Shown: one piece after another, positions 7,558-17,517 of the stretch
How the letters are laid out: each line of letters starts with the position of its first letter
Numbering within the stretch: position 1 is the first letter of the stretch
Assembly: GCA_963722185.1 (NCBI GenBank)
Contig: CAVRKD010000004.1
Span: 12,480-76,479 of the forward strand
Source: an uncultured Actinomycetes bacterium
GTDB lineage: Bacteria; Actinomycetota; Acidimicrobiia; Acidimicrobiales; JACCXE01
Reading direction: 5' to 3'
Length of the DNA: 64,000 nt
Notes under the pieces: model-generated
Seen by the model: only the letters and a program-made list of their open reading frames with translations
Database searches by the model: none
What the model was told of the DNA's origin: nothing
Program-made: the position numbers and the translations under genes

Positions 7558-10500
7558 GTGGCCGCAGAAGTCAGCGGTGGCGGGGGCGACGCACGGTTCG
7601 AACGCGCGCGTGAGTGGGTCATGGACACGTGGCGTCAGTACCAGTGGGCGGTGGCGTTCTGGGTTGTCGCGTTTGTCGCGTTTTACCGGTTCTTCCCTGT
7701 TCCGGTCGCGATCTTGTTCCTCGGCGTGGTGCTCGGGTCGCTCTCGGCACTAACGGCGATGGGCCTGGTGCTCATCTACCGCGCCAATCGGATCATCAAC
7801 TTCGCGCAGAGCCAGGTCGGCGGCGTGGGCGCGGTCATGGCGGCGTCGCTCATCGTCGGCCCGGACTGGGGTTTCTTCCCGGCGGTCGCGGTCGGCTTCA
7901 CGCTCGCTATCGCGCTGGGCGCATTGACCGAGATTCTCTTCGTCCGTCGCTTCGCCAAGGCGCCTCGCCTGCTCTTGACAGTGGCGACGATCGGCATCAT
8001 GCAGCTGTTCGCGTTCGGGCAGTTGGGTATCCCGCGGCTGTTCGACTTCGACGTCGTTCCGCAACCACCGGTTCCGTTCGACTTCACGTTCAAGTGGCAC
8101 CCGGCGGTCTTCAAAGGTGCGCACCTTCTCATCATCGTCGTCGTGCCGTTGGTGGCCGCGGCCCTCGGCGCGTTCTTCCGTCTCTCGCGTGTCGGCATCG
8201 CCGTGCGCGCCTCGGCGGAGTCCGCCGACCGCGCCGCCCTCCTCGGTATCCCCGTCAAGCGGATCGGCACGCTCGTCTGGACCATCGCCGCTGCGCTCTC
8301 GGCGCTGGCCGTCTTGCTGCGCATGCCGATTCAGGGCGTGAACATCGGCGGCATCGAAGGCACGTCGCTGCTCTTGCGGGCGTTGGCCGCCGCCGTCATC
8401 GGGCGCATGGAGAGCCTGCCCAAGGCCTTCGGTGCCGCGCTCATGCTCGGCATGGTGGAGCAGAGCGTCCTGTACGAGACCGGCCGCACGGTGAAAGTCG
8501 ACGGCATGCTGCTGGCGATCATCATCGCCGCGTTGCTGTTGCAGCGGCGCGGCATCGTGTCACGGGCCGACGACTCGGGTGCGTCATCGTGGTCCGCCAC
8601 GCGCGAGGTCCGCCCAATCCCGCGCGAGCTCGCGTTCCTGCCCGAGGTGAAGGTCGGCCAAGTGCTGTTGGGCATCGCCTGCTTCTTTGGACTCGTCGTG
8701 CTCCCGTGGAACATGTCCGTGCACAGCCAGAACCTCATGGGCGTCGGCTTGATCATCGCCATGGTGACGCTGTCGCTGGTCATCCTCACCGGCTGGGCTG
8801 GGCAGATCAGTCTCGGCATGGTGGCGTTCATGGCCTTTGGTGCCGCCACTGGTGGCTCGCTCGCGTTGCAGGGGTGGACCTTCTTCTTGTGCCTTGCCGC
8901 CGCCGGCGTAATGGGCGCGATCATCGCCGTGCTCGTCGGCCTCCCCGCGCTGCGCATCAAAGGCCTCTTCCTCGCGGTCACAACGCTCGCCTTCGCACTG
9001 TCGACCGGCACGTTCCTGCTGAACAATGAATTCTTCGCCTGGCTGGTGCCCGACCCGAACTCGCGCATCGTGCGGCCGGTGCTCTTCAACCGCTTCGACC
9101 TCGACGACGAGCGCACGTACTACTTCGTCGTGCTCGCGTTCTTCCTCTTCACGCTGGCGTCGGTGCGCTCGCTGCGCCGCAGCCGAACGGGCCGCGTCCT
9201 CGTCGCGATCCGCGATAACGAACGGGCCGCGCAGTCCTACGCCATCAGCCCCATCCGAGCGAAGCTGTCGGCCTTTGCGCTGTCGGGTTTCTTCGCCGCC
9301 CTCGCCGGTGGGCTCTACGTGTTTCACCAACGCGGCATGTCGTCGACCGTCCTCGACCCCGACAGCAGCGTGCGCGTCTTCTCGATGGCGGTCATCGGCG
9401 GTCTCGGTTCGATCCCCGGCGCATTGCTGGGTGCCGCGTACCTCACCTTCGTCGACTACTCGAGCTTCACGCGGGCAACCCTCAGCCGCCTGCTCGCGAG
9501 TGGCGTTGGCGTGCTCTTCATCCTGATGTTCATCCCGGCCGGCCTCGGCTCGGTGCTCTACAACCTGCGCGACACAGCGCTGCGCTTCATCGCTCGTCGC
9601 CGCGACATCGTCGTGCCGAGTCTGCTCGCCGACGTGCGCGTCGAAGAGGAGGCGAACCTGCTCGACGAAGAAGCGGACGCTGAGAACCTCGCCCCGACGC
9701 GCGAGGTCACGCATCTGTCGAGGCCAAAGGACCCACTGCTGCTCGTGCGCGGCGTCGACGCCGGTTACGGCAGGACCCAGGTGCTCTTCGGCGTCGACAT
9801 GCATGTCGAGCGCGGCGAGATGGTCGCGTTGCTCGGTACCAACGGCGCCGGCAAGTCGACGTTGCTGTCGGTCATCTCCGGCCTGCTCGAACCCAGCTCT
9901 GGCTCATTGCTGTTCGAAAACGAGGACATCGGAGGCAGGACGCCGCAACAGATCCTCGCGGCCGGGGTTGTGTTCATGCCCGGCGGCAAGGGCGTGTTCC
10001 CGACGCTAACGGTCGAGGAGAACTTCCGGCTCGCGGCGTGGCAGTTCAACAAGGATCAGGAACACGTCGACCGGATGTACGCACAGTGCTTCGAGTATTT
10101 CCCGGTCCTCCGCGAGCGGTGGGACCAGAAGGCGGGCAACCTGTCCGGTGGCGAGCAGCAGATGCTCACGCTGAGCCAGGCGTTGATCGCCAAGCCAAAG
10201 CTGCTCATGATCGACGAGCTGAGCCTGGGTCTGGCGCCGCTCATCGTCGAGCAGTTGCTCGGCATCGTGCGCGCCATTCACGCCAACGGCACGACCGTCG
10301 TGTTGGTCGAACAGTCGGTCAACGTGGCGATCACCCTCGCTGACCGGGCGATTTTCATGGAGAAGGGCGAGGTTCGTTTCGACGGTCCTACGCGCGACCT
10401 GCTCGAACGCCCCGACATCCTTCGAGCGGTGTTCCTTCAGGGTGCCGACGCCGGTCGCGCTTCGGCTGGCGCGAGCACCGAGGCCGGGTCCGGCGTTGTC

Positions 10501-11466
10501 CCGGCTAAGCCGCGCAAGGCGTTTCTCGGCGTGTGCAAGTCATGCGGCCGCGAACACCACGAGGTGCTGGCGGTTGCCGAGATCGGCATGTCCTTCGGCG
10601 GCGTCCGCGCCGTCGACGAGGTATCGCTGAGCGTCCGCGAGGCCGAGGTAGTCGGAATCATCGGCCCGAACGGATCGGGCAAGACGACGCTGTTCGACCT
10701 GATGTCGGGCTTCGTGACGCCCAGTGAAGGCAAGGTCGTGTTGCTGGGCGAAGACGTCACCCACTGGACGCCCGACATGCGCGCCGAGGCCGGGCTCGGC
10801 CGTTCGTTCCAGGACGCGCGCCTCTTCCCGTCCATGACCGTTCGCCAGACGATCGCCACCGCGCTCGAACGCCACCTCGAAATCCGCGATCCGTTCGCGG
10901 CTGCGGTGATCTCGCCGGCTGTGCGCATCGCTGAGCGCCTCGTGGCGGCGGAGGTCGACGACCTGATCGACCTGATGCACCTTGGTGCGTTCGCCGACAA
11001 GTTCGTCGGTGAACTGTCGACCGGCACGCGCCGAGTGGTCGACCTTGCGTGCTCGCTCGCGCATAGCCCGGTGGTCCTGCTACTCGACGAGCCGAGTTCC
11101 GGTATCGCGCAGCGCGAGGCCGAGGCACTCGCGCCGCTGCTGCTCAACATCCGCGATCAGACGAACACGGCACTCATCGTCATCGAACATGACATGCCGC
11201 TGATCCGGTCGGTCTCAGACCGCCTGGTGGCACTCGAGCTCGGCCAGGTCGTCGCCGAAGGCGATCCCGACTCGGTCATCCACGACCCGCGCGTCGTGGA
11301 GGGCTATCTCGGAGGAACGATCGAAGTTATCGAGCGCTCCGGTGGTGGTGGCGGCGCGCCGCGGAAAAAGACTGCAGCTACCAAGAAGGTCGCGGCGAAG
11401 AAGAAGTCGACCAACGGCAACGGCGCGGCACGCAAGGCGGCGCCGCGCCGCAAGGCCGGCGTCTAA
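7558..11466 (+). CDS. Four-domain fused Liv-type ABC importer (LivH-like permease, LivM-like permease, LivF-like ATPase, LivG-like ATPase) with a Lys/Ala-rich tail
   Basis: The GTG at 7558 is preceded by AGAGGGGGGA; an alternative ATG lies at 7621. There are two blocks of multiple TM helices. NBD1 has GTNGAGKST, LSGGEQQMLTL and LLMIDELSLGLAP. NBD2 has GPNGSGKTT, the degenerate signature LSTGTRRVVDL and VLLLDEPSSGIA. The tail is APRKKTAATKKVAAKKKSTNGNGAARKAAPRRKAGV. Confidence 0.85.
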   Translation: MAAEVSGGGGDARFERAREWVMDTWRQYQWAVAFWVVAFVAFYRFFPVPVAILFLGVVLGSLSALTAMGLVLIYRANRIINFAQSQVGGVGAVMAASLIVGPDWGFFPAVAVGFTLAIALGALTEILFVRRFAKAPRLLLTVATIGIMQLFAFGQLGIPRLFDFDVVPQPPVPFDFTFKWHPAVFKGAHLLIIVVVPLVAAALGAFFRLSRVGIAVRASAESADRAALLGIPVKRIGTLVWTIAAALSALAVLLRMPIQGVNIGGIEGTSLLLRALAAAVIGRMESLPKAFGAALMLGMVEQSVLYETGRTVKVDGMLLAIIIAALLLQRRGIVSRADDSGASSWSATREVRPIPRELAFLPEVKVGQVLLGIACFFGLVVLPWNMSVHSQNLMGVGLIIAMVTLSLVILTGWAGQISLGMVAFMAFGAATGGSLALQGWTFFLCLAAAGVMGAIIAVLVGLPALRIKGLFLAVTTLAFALSTGTFLLNNEFFAWLVPDPNSRIVRPVLFNRFDLDDERTYYFVVLAFFLFTLASVRSLRRSRTGRVLVAIRDNERAAQSYAISPIRAKLSAFALSGFFAALAGGLYVFHQRGMSSTVLDPDSSVRVFSMAVIGGLGSIPGALLGAAYLTFVDYSSFTRATLSRLLASGVGVLFILMFIPAGLGSVLYNLRDTALRFIARRRDIVVPSLLADVRVEEEANLLDEEADAENLAPTREVTHLSRPKDPLLLVRGVDAGYGRTQVLFGVDMHVERGEMVALLGTNGAGKSTLLSVISGLLEPSSGSLLFENEDIGGRTPQQILAAGVVFMPGGKGVFPTLTVEENFRLAAWQFNKDQEHVDRMYAQCFEYFPVLRERWDQKAGNLSGGEQQMLTLSQALIAKPKLLMIDELSLGLAPLIVEQLLGIVRAIHANGTTVVLVEQSVNVAITLADRAIFMEKGEVRFDGPTRDLLERPDILRAVFLQGADAGRASAGASTEAGSGVVPAKPRKAFLGVCKSCGREHHEVLAVAEIGMSFGGVRAVDEVSLSVREAEVVGIIGPNGSGKTTLFDLMSGFVTPSEGKVVLLGEDVTHWTPDMRAEAGLGRSFQDARLFPSMTVRQTIATALERHLEIRDPFAAAVISPAVRIAERLVAAEVDDLIDLMHLGAFADKFVGELSTGTRRVVDLACSLAHSPVVLLLDEPSSGIAQREAEALAPLLLNIRDQTNTALIVIEHDMPLIRSVSDRLVALELGQVVAEGDPDSVIHDPRVVEGYLGGTIEVIERSGGGGGAPRKKTAATKKVAAKKKSTNGNGAARKAAPRRKAGV

Positions 11467-12569
11467 CGATCCAGGAAGCGCATGCCGTTACCGGGCCAGG
11501 CCCGGAGCGAACGCGCAATGGCGACGAGTTCGCTCTCCGGCAAGGTGCCGGCGACGACGAGGTAACGACCTTTCGCCGGCGTTGCCCTGACTTCGCGGTA
11601 GCCGAAGGGCCCGTTGCCGCCGATCCCGGCCTGCCCGGCGATCCAACCGAGATCGACATCGTGCGTTTCGATCAAGGATCCGAGATCCTCGGGTCCGACG
11701 TCGCTCAGGTCCAGCTTGCCGCCGCGGTCGACCACGACTGCGTCTCCGCCGCGCACGTACACATCCACCACGCCGCCGGTCACCTTGTGCGATCGCTTCA
11801 GGACTTCGGGCGTCAGGGGCACCACCGAGTACCGACCGACCAACGTGAAACCGGCGGGTGGTGCATCCAGCGAGTAGTCCGTCGCCCCCGCGGGTGCGGT
11901 GTCAGGATCGATGGGTCGAATGCTGCCGCGGGCGGTATCGGAGAATCCTTTGGCGAGCGCGCCAGCAAGTTCGGCCGCGGTTTTCGCTTCAGTGCCGAGG
12001 GTGACCTTGGTGGCGATCTCGACCGAGTTGGCGGTTCGGCTCAGCAGCACGATGCCGTTCTCGTCGACGCAGTCCTCGTTGTTACCGAGGCGGTACGCGG
12101 CGCACAACCGTCCGGCGATGTTGCGCCGGAACCGCGGAACCGAAGCGGGTGGATAGGTGATCGGGCGCGGGTCGTTGGGTAGCGGGCGCACCAGGGTCAC
12201 CCGAGACTTGCCGCCGGCGGCCTCGAGCGCGAAACCTAACGACCGCTCCACGGCGCCCGTCTGGTCGAAAGGCCGCACGACTTCGCGCACGACGTGGGTG
12301 GCGTCAAGCGCCGTCCGACGCTTCGTTCCCTCGCCGACCACCTCGCCCTCGGTGTGGCCGCGCACGTAAAGGTCGTATTCAACGCGATAGCTCGTGGGCG
12401 CCTCGCCGAAGCCGATGGCGCCGCCCGGACGCGTCGGCAGAACCCGAGCCACGAGCTCCTCCAGGGTTTCGACGGGCGGCTTCGGCTTCTCGGAACGACA
12501 GCCACTCAGGCTGATCGCGGCCATCGCCGCTGCGAGACCACAGAGGAGTGCCTGCCGGGGGAATCGCAC
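11463..12569 (-). CDS. Hypothetical lipoprotein
   Basis: The signal peptide has a lipobox (AAISLSGC). I recognise no family. Confidence 0.55.
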   Translation of the reverse strand: MRFPRQALLCGLAAAMAAISLSGCRSEKPKPPVETLEELVARVLPTRPGGAIGFGEAPTSYRVEYDLYVRGHTEGEVVGEGTKRRTALDATHVVREVVRPFDQTGAVERSLGFALEAAGGKSRVTLVRPLPNDPRPITYPPASVPRFRRNIAGRLCAAYRLGNNEDCVDENGIVLLSRTANSVEIATKVTLGTEAKTAAELAGALAKGFSDTARGSIRPIDPDTAPAGATDYSLDAPPAGFTLVGRYSVVPLTPEVLKRSHKVTGGVVDVYVRGGDAVVVDRGGKLDLSDVGPEDLGSLIETHDVDLGWIAGQAGIGGNGPFGYREVRATPAKGRYLVVAGTLPESELVAIARSLRAWPGNGMRFLDR

Positions 12570-12622
12570 CGCCGCAAGCTACCGAACAGATCCGGCCGTC
12601 GAGGGTCTAGGATGCCGTAGAA

Positions 12623-13537
12623 GTGCGGCGAATGGGGCGTATTGCAGCGCTCGTGCTGATGGCGAGCGCGTTGGTCGGGGGCTGTGTCGCCAGTGGCGGC
12701 GGCTCCCGTAACTCCACGATCGTGCATTCGAAGCGTGTCGACGTCGAGCCGCCGGTTGCGCCCGACGCGGTGGCGATGCAACCAATTACGACTCTCGCCA
12801 CGCCCGCCTCGCCGGCGGCGCAGGCCGGTTCGGGAGTCGCCCGGCCGCGCGTTAGCAAGCCGAGCGGAAGCGTGGCTGTTTCACGCACGTCGCCTGGCCC
12901 AGCAGGCTCGGTGTGGTCGCACTACGGCGGTCAACTCACCGGCGGGAACTACGTGGTGGCCCGCGCTCTCGGCGGGGGGCTGAACGTGTCGCCCTCACCC
13001 GATGCCGCGCCGGGCGTCACCCTGTCGAATCCGCTGCCGTCGGGCGCACCCCGGGTCGTGGTCGTCGTCCTCGACAGCGGCGACTGGTTGCAAGTGCTTT
13101 TGCCGATGCGGCCGAACAGCAGCGTGGGCTGGATTCGCCGAGGCGACGTCGAACTGTCGACCGTGCACTTACGCGTCGAGATCGATCGGGCCGCTCACCG
13201 AGTCCGCGTGTTCGACCACGAGAATCTCGTCGCCGACGAACCGGTCGCTGTGGGCACATCACGCACGCCGACGCCTTCGGGTCAGTTCTTCACTGTCGAA
13301 CTGCTGCAACCGACGAACCCAGGCGGCGCCTACGGACCGTATGCGTTCACGCTGTCGGCCTACTCCGAGGTGTATCAAACGTTCGGCTCCGGTGACGGCG
13401 CGGTCGGCATGCACGGCACCAACGAGGCGTCGTCGATCGGTCACGACGCCAGCCACGGTTGCATCCGGTTGCACAACGCGGCCATCGAGCGCCTGGCGAT
13501 GATGTTGCCGCTCGGCACGCCCGTGTTTATTCGCTAG
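12623..13537 (+). CDS. L,D-transpeptidase (YkuD domain) lipoprotein
   Basis: The lipobox-like N-terminus is ALVGGC. The YkuD catalytic motif is HGTNEASSIGHDASHGCIRL. Confidence 0.85.
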   Translation: MRRMGRIAALVLMASALVGGCVASGGGSRNSTIVHSKRVDVEPPVAPDAVAMQPITTLATPASPAAQAGSGVARPRVSKPSGSVAVSRTSPGPAGSVWSHYGGQLTGGNYVVARALGGGLNVSPSPDAAPGVTLSNPLPSGAPRVVVVVLDSGDWLQVLLPMRPNSSVGWIRRGDVELSTVHLRVEIDRAAHRVRVFDHENLVADEPVAVGTSRTPTPSGQFFTVELLQPTNPGGAYGPYAFTLSAYSEVYQTFGSGDGAVGMHGTNEASSIGHDASHGCIRLHNAAIERLAMMLPLGTPVFIR

Positions 13538-16031
13538 CCGCCAGCTCGACTTCGATCGACGCCTCGCCGGCGGCGATGTCGAGTTCGGCTACCACCCCCG
13601 CGGCCATGAGATCGGTGCGCGCCGATTCGACTGCCGCGACCTCTTCGGCCGTGCCGCGGAACGTCACCCGCTGCACCGGCGACTTCATGCCCACTTTGGC
13701 TTCGGTCTTGGCTCGCCGGATGGCACCGAGCACGTGAGCGACGGTGGTCAATACGACTGGGTCGCCGCTGCGGTCGACCTCGTCGGCGCTCGGCCACGCG
13801 GCGCGGTGGATCGATCCCTCTTGCCACCACGACCACACCTCTTCGGTGACGTAGGCGAGGAACGGCGCGAAGAGCCGCAGTTGGATTGACAGCGCGGTGC
13901 GCAGCGTGCGACGCGCGCTGGCCGCCGCTTCGGTTCGCACGCCTTCGCCGCCATAGGCGCGGGTCTTGACGAGTTCGAGGTAGTCGTCGCAGAACGACCA
14001 GAAGAAGGTTTCGGTGATGTCGAGCGCTCTGGTGTAGTCGTACTCCTCGAACGCCTTCGTGGCATCGGCGACCGTGCGCGCGAGTGCGGCCACGAGTGCC
14101 TGGTCCACGGGCTCAGAGATCGTCGCCGCGTCGTCGACCTCGCCGAAGCTCAGAGCGAACTTCGACGCGTTCAGGAGCTTCGTCGCGAGGCGACGGCCGA
14201 TCTTGAACTGGTTCCGGTCGATGTCGACGTCTCGCCCGAGGCGACCGCCAGCAGCCCAGTAACGGATGGCGTCGGAGCCGAACTGACCGGCGAGCAGGAA
14301 CGGGTCGTCGGGGCTATTGCCCGCGGACTTCGACAGCTTCTTGCGGTCGGGGTCGTTGACGAAGCCGGACACGGCGACGTGTTTGAACGGCAGGGTTTCG
14401 AACTCGATCTCGGCGCGCACCGTTGTGTAGAAGAGCCACGTCCGGATGATGTCGTGCGCCTGCGGACGGAGATCCATCGGGAAGACGCGCGCAAACAAGT
14501 CCGCGTCGCGCTCCCACCCGGAGACGAACTCCGGGCTCATCGACGAAGTGGCCCACGTATCCATGACGTCGGGATCGCCGATGAAGCCGCCAGGCTGGTT
14601 GCGCTGGTCGGCGCTGAACCCATCGGGAACGTCGGTGGACGGATCGACGGGGAGCCGACTCGCGTCCGGCGCGATCGGCGCGTTCCAGTCGACCTCGCCT
14701 TGGGCGTCGATCGGGTACCAGACCGGGAACGGCACGCCAAAGAACCTTTGGCGCGTGATGTTCCAGTCGCCGTGGAGACCTTCGATCCAGTTCTCATGCC
14801 GCACCTGCATGAAACCCGGGTGGTACTGGAGTTGCCGGGCGCGCTCGAGCAGCACGTCCTTCGGCGGAAATTTGATGAACCACTGGCGCGTCGTCACGAT
14901 CTCGAGCGGGCTCTTGCCGTTTTCCCAGAACTTCACCGCGTGGGTGATCGGGCGCGGGTCGCCGATGAGATCGCCCGACTCGCGCAGCATCTCGACGATT
15001 CGTTTCCGCGCCTGCTTACCGGTCCGCCCAGCGAGTTCGTCGTAACGATTCTGCGCCTCGGAATTGTCCCATTCGACAGGCACGAGCCGGCCGTCGCGTC
15101 CCATGACGTTGCGCACGGGCAATTGGAGCTCGCGCCACCACACGACGTCGGTCTGGTCGCCGAAGGTGCAAATCATGGCGATGCCCGTGCCCTTTTCGGG
15201 GTCGGCCAGCGTGTGCGGCAGGACGGGAACCTCGGCGTTGAACAACGGGCTACGCACGGTCGTGCCGAACCGGGGTTGGTACCGCGGATCGTCGGGATGA
15301 GCGACGAGCGCAACGCACGCCGGGATGAGTTCCGGTCGCGTGGTGTCGATCTCGATGTCGCTGAATTTGATGCGGTGGTACGCGCCCGTCATCTCGCGGT
15401 CTTCGAGGTCGGCTTGGGCGAGCGACGTTTGAAAGTCGACGTCCCACAGCGTCGGTGCTTCGAGCCGGAACGCATGGCCTCGTTCGACCAGCCGCAGAAA
15501 GGCGAGCTGTGAGATGCGCGTGACGTCGGTGCCAATGGTTCGATACAGGTAACTCCAGTCGACCGAAAGGCCGAGCAGCGTCCAGAGGTTGCGGTACTCC
15601 TCTTCCAACTCCTCGGTCAGTTGCGAGCACAGCTCGACGAAGTTGGGTCTCGACACCGGTACCGGATCGTTCTTCGATTCGCCCGGAGGAACGAATCCTT
15701 CGACGTAGGGCAGCGACGGGTCGCAGATGACGCCGTAGTTGATCTGCGTGCGCCGCTCGATGTTCAGTCCGTTGTCGTCCCAGCCCATCGGGTAGAAGAC
15801 CTCCCACCCTCGCATCCGCTGGTAGCGGACCACGACATCGGTCTGCGTGTACGAGAAGCAGTGGCCAATGTGCAGGTGCCCGCTTACCGTCGGCGGGGGC
15901 GTGTCGACCGAGTAGATCTGGTCACGCGTTTTCGTGCGGTCGAACGCGTAGGTGCCATCGGCTTCCCAACGCTGCCGCCATTTGTCTTCGAGGCCCTCGA
16001 GGGCCGGTTTATCGGGAACAGCTCTGGACAT
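13527..16031 (-). CDS. valS: Valine--tRNA ligase (archaeal/actinobacterial type)
   Basis: The class I HIGH region is TPPPTVSGHLHIGHCFSY. WDDNGL is present and the KMSKS variant is KKLSKSAGN. The start is the ATG at 16031; the track ORF extends to 16076. Confidence 0.88.
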   Translation of the reverse strand: MSRAVPDKPALEGLEDKWRQRWEADGTYAFDRTKTRDQIYSVDTPPPTVSGHLHIGHCFSYTQTDVVVRYQRMRGWEVFYPMGWDDNGLNIERRTQINYGVICDPSLPYVEGFVPPGESKNDPVPVSRPNFVELCSQLTEELEEEYRNLWTLLGLSVDWSYLYRTIGTDVTRISQLAFLRLVERGHAFRLEAPTLWDVDFQTSLAQADLEDREMTGAYHRIKFSDIEIDTTRPELIPACVALVAHPDDPRYQPRFGTTVRSPLFNAEVPVLPHTLADPEKGTGIAMICTFGDQTDVVWWRELQLPVRNVMGRDGRLVPVEWDNSEAQNRYDELAGRTGKQARKRIVEMLRESGDLIGDPRPITHAVKFWENGKSPLEIVTTRQWFIKFPPKDVLLERARQLQYHPGFMQVRHENWIEGLHGDWNITRQRFFGVPFPVWYPIDAQGEVDWNAPIAPDASRLPVDPSTDVPDGFSADQRNQPGGFIGDPDVMDTWATSSMSPEFVSGWERDADLFARVFPMDLRPQAHDIIRTWLFYTTVRAEIEFETLPFKHVAVSGFVNDPDRKKLSKSAGNSPDDPFLLAGQFGSDAIRYWAAGGRLGRDVDIDRNQFKIGRRLATKLLNASKFALSFGEVDDAATISEPVDQALVAALARTVADATKAFEEYDYTRALDITETFFWSFCDDYLELVKTRAYGGEGVRTEAAASARRTLRTALSIQLRLFAPFLAYVTEEVWSWWQEGSIHRAAWPSADEVDRSGDPVVLTTVAHVLGAIRRAKTEAKVGMKSPVQRVTFRGTAEEVAAVESARTDLMAAGVVAELDIAAGEASIEVELAASE

Positions 16032-16051
16032 GGTCGCAGTACCGTACCTGC

Positions 16052-17413
16052 GTGCTCCGCCTCCACGACACTGCAAAAGGACAGGTGACCGAGCTCGCGT
16101 TGCGCGAGCCCGGAAAGGTCTCGATGTACGTGTGCGGGCCGACGGTCTCCAATGTCCCTCACATCGGGCACGGTCGATTCACTTTGGTGTGGGACATCCT
16201 GCGCCGGTTCCTCGAGTGGCGCGGCTTCGAGGTTCGCTACGTGTCGAACATCACCGACATCGAGGACAAGATCATCGCGGCGGCCGACGAAGACGGAACC
16301 AGCACCGACGAGGTCGTCCGCAAGTACGAGCAAGCGTGGTGGGACGCCATGGACCGCCTCGGTGTCATGCACCCCGACGCCGAGCCGCACGCCACCGAAT
16401 ACGTCGAGCAGATGGTCGACTACATCGCCGGGCTGGTCGACCGCGGCCACGCGTACGAGACATCGGATGGCGTTTACTTCGACACCTCGTCGCTGCCGGG
16501 TTACGGACTACTTGCGCTCCAACCGCTCGAGTCGCTGCGCGCCGGCGGAGGCGATCGGGCGGTGGTCGGCGAGGACGAGAAGCAGTCGCCGTTCGATTTC
16601 GTGCTGTGGAAGAAAGCCAAGCCGGGCGAACCCGAGTGGCCTTCGCCGTGGGGTGGCGGGCGTCCGGGCTGGCACATCGAGTGCACCGTGATGTCGCTCG
16701 ACCTGCTCGGCGAGGGTTTCGACCTACACGGTGGAGGCAACGACCTGACGTTCCCGCACCACGAGAACGAGCGGGCGCAAGCGCTCGGCGCCGGCCACGA
16801 ATTCGCCCGCCACTGGGTGCACAACGGCATGGTCATGGCCGACGACGGCCAGAAAATGTCCAAGTCGCTGAACAACTTCGTGACGTTGACCGATCTTCTG
16901 GAGCGAGTCGACGGGCGCGCCTACCGGTTGCTCGTCCTCCAGTCGCACTACCGCTCGCCGCTGCAAGTGACCGACTCCACGATTGAGCGGGCGGTCACGA
17001 CGCTCGACCGTCTCGACGCGTTCGCCCGCCGCTTCAGCGCGGCGCGCGGCGGCGTCGTGAACACGCCCGACATCGATGCGTTCGTAGATCGTATGGAGGA
17101 TGACCTCGACACGCCCGGTGTCATCGCTGCGGCGTTTGACCTCGTGCGCGCGGCCAACGGCGCGGCGGACGCCGGCGACGAGCCGACGGCGCATCGCGCT
17201 GCTGCGTCAGTGTTCACCATCGTCGAAGCGCTCGGCCTCGAGCTGCGGACCGACGTCGAGGAAGCCGACGCCGCGACCGCCGCGCTCATCACGGCGCGCA
17301 ACGCTGCGCGGGTCGCCAAGGATTGGGCCGAGGCGGACCGTCTGCGGGACGAGCTCGTGGCGCTGGGCTGGACCGTGGAGGACGGCCCGACGGGCACCAC
17401 TGTTCATCGGTAG
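16052..17413 (+). CDS. cysS: Cysteine--tRNA ligase
   Basis: Motifs are MYVCGPTV..PHIGHGR, NITDIEDKII and KMSKSLNNF, with a C-terminal ALGWTVEDGPTGTTV. The 453-aa size fits CysRS rather than MshC. Confidence 0.92.
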   Translation: MLRLHDTAKGQVTELALREPGKVSMYVCGPTVSNVPHIGHGRFTLVWDILRRFLEWRGFEVRYVSNITDIEDKIIAAADEDGTSTDEVVRKYEQAWWDAMDRLGVMHPDAEPHATEYVEQMVDYIAGLVDRGHAYETSDGVYFDTSSLPGYGLLALQPLESLRAGGGDRAVVGEDEKQSPFDFVLWKKAKPGEPEWPSPWGGGRPGWHIECTVMSLDLLGEGFDLHGGGNDLTFPHHENERAQALGAGHEFARHWVHNGMVMADDGQKMSKSLNNFVTLTDLLERVDGRAYRLLVLQSHYRSPLQVTDSTIERAVTTLDRLDAFARRFSAARGGVVNTPDIDAFVDRMEDDLDTPGVIAAAFDLVRAANGAADAGDEPTAHRAAASVFTIVEALGLELRTDVEEADAATAALITARNAARVAKDWAEADRLRDELVALGWTVEDGPTGTTVHR

Positions 17414-17517
17414 GAAACAGGCAACAGTTCCCCTTTCGCGCGTCCGCGGCTAGCGTTCGCGCCAGGTCGATACAGATGTTGGCCTGGCAGTAATCATCAC
17501 CGCAGTTGCAAGGGAGA
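17414..17517 (+). promoter_or_regulatory. Long untranslated region upstream of the cold-shock gene (probable promoter plus 5' UTR)
   Basis: The gap is about 104 nt and has locally lower GC. It ends in AAGGGAGA immediately before the csp ATG. csp genes classically carry long regulatory 5' UTRs. Confidence 0.35.
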
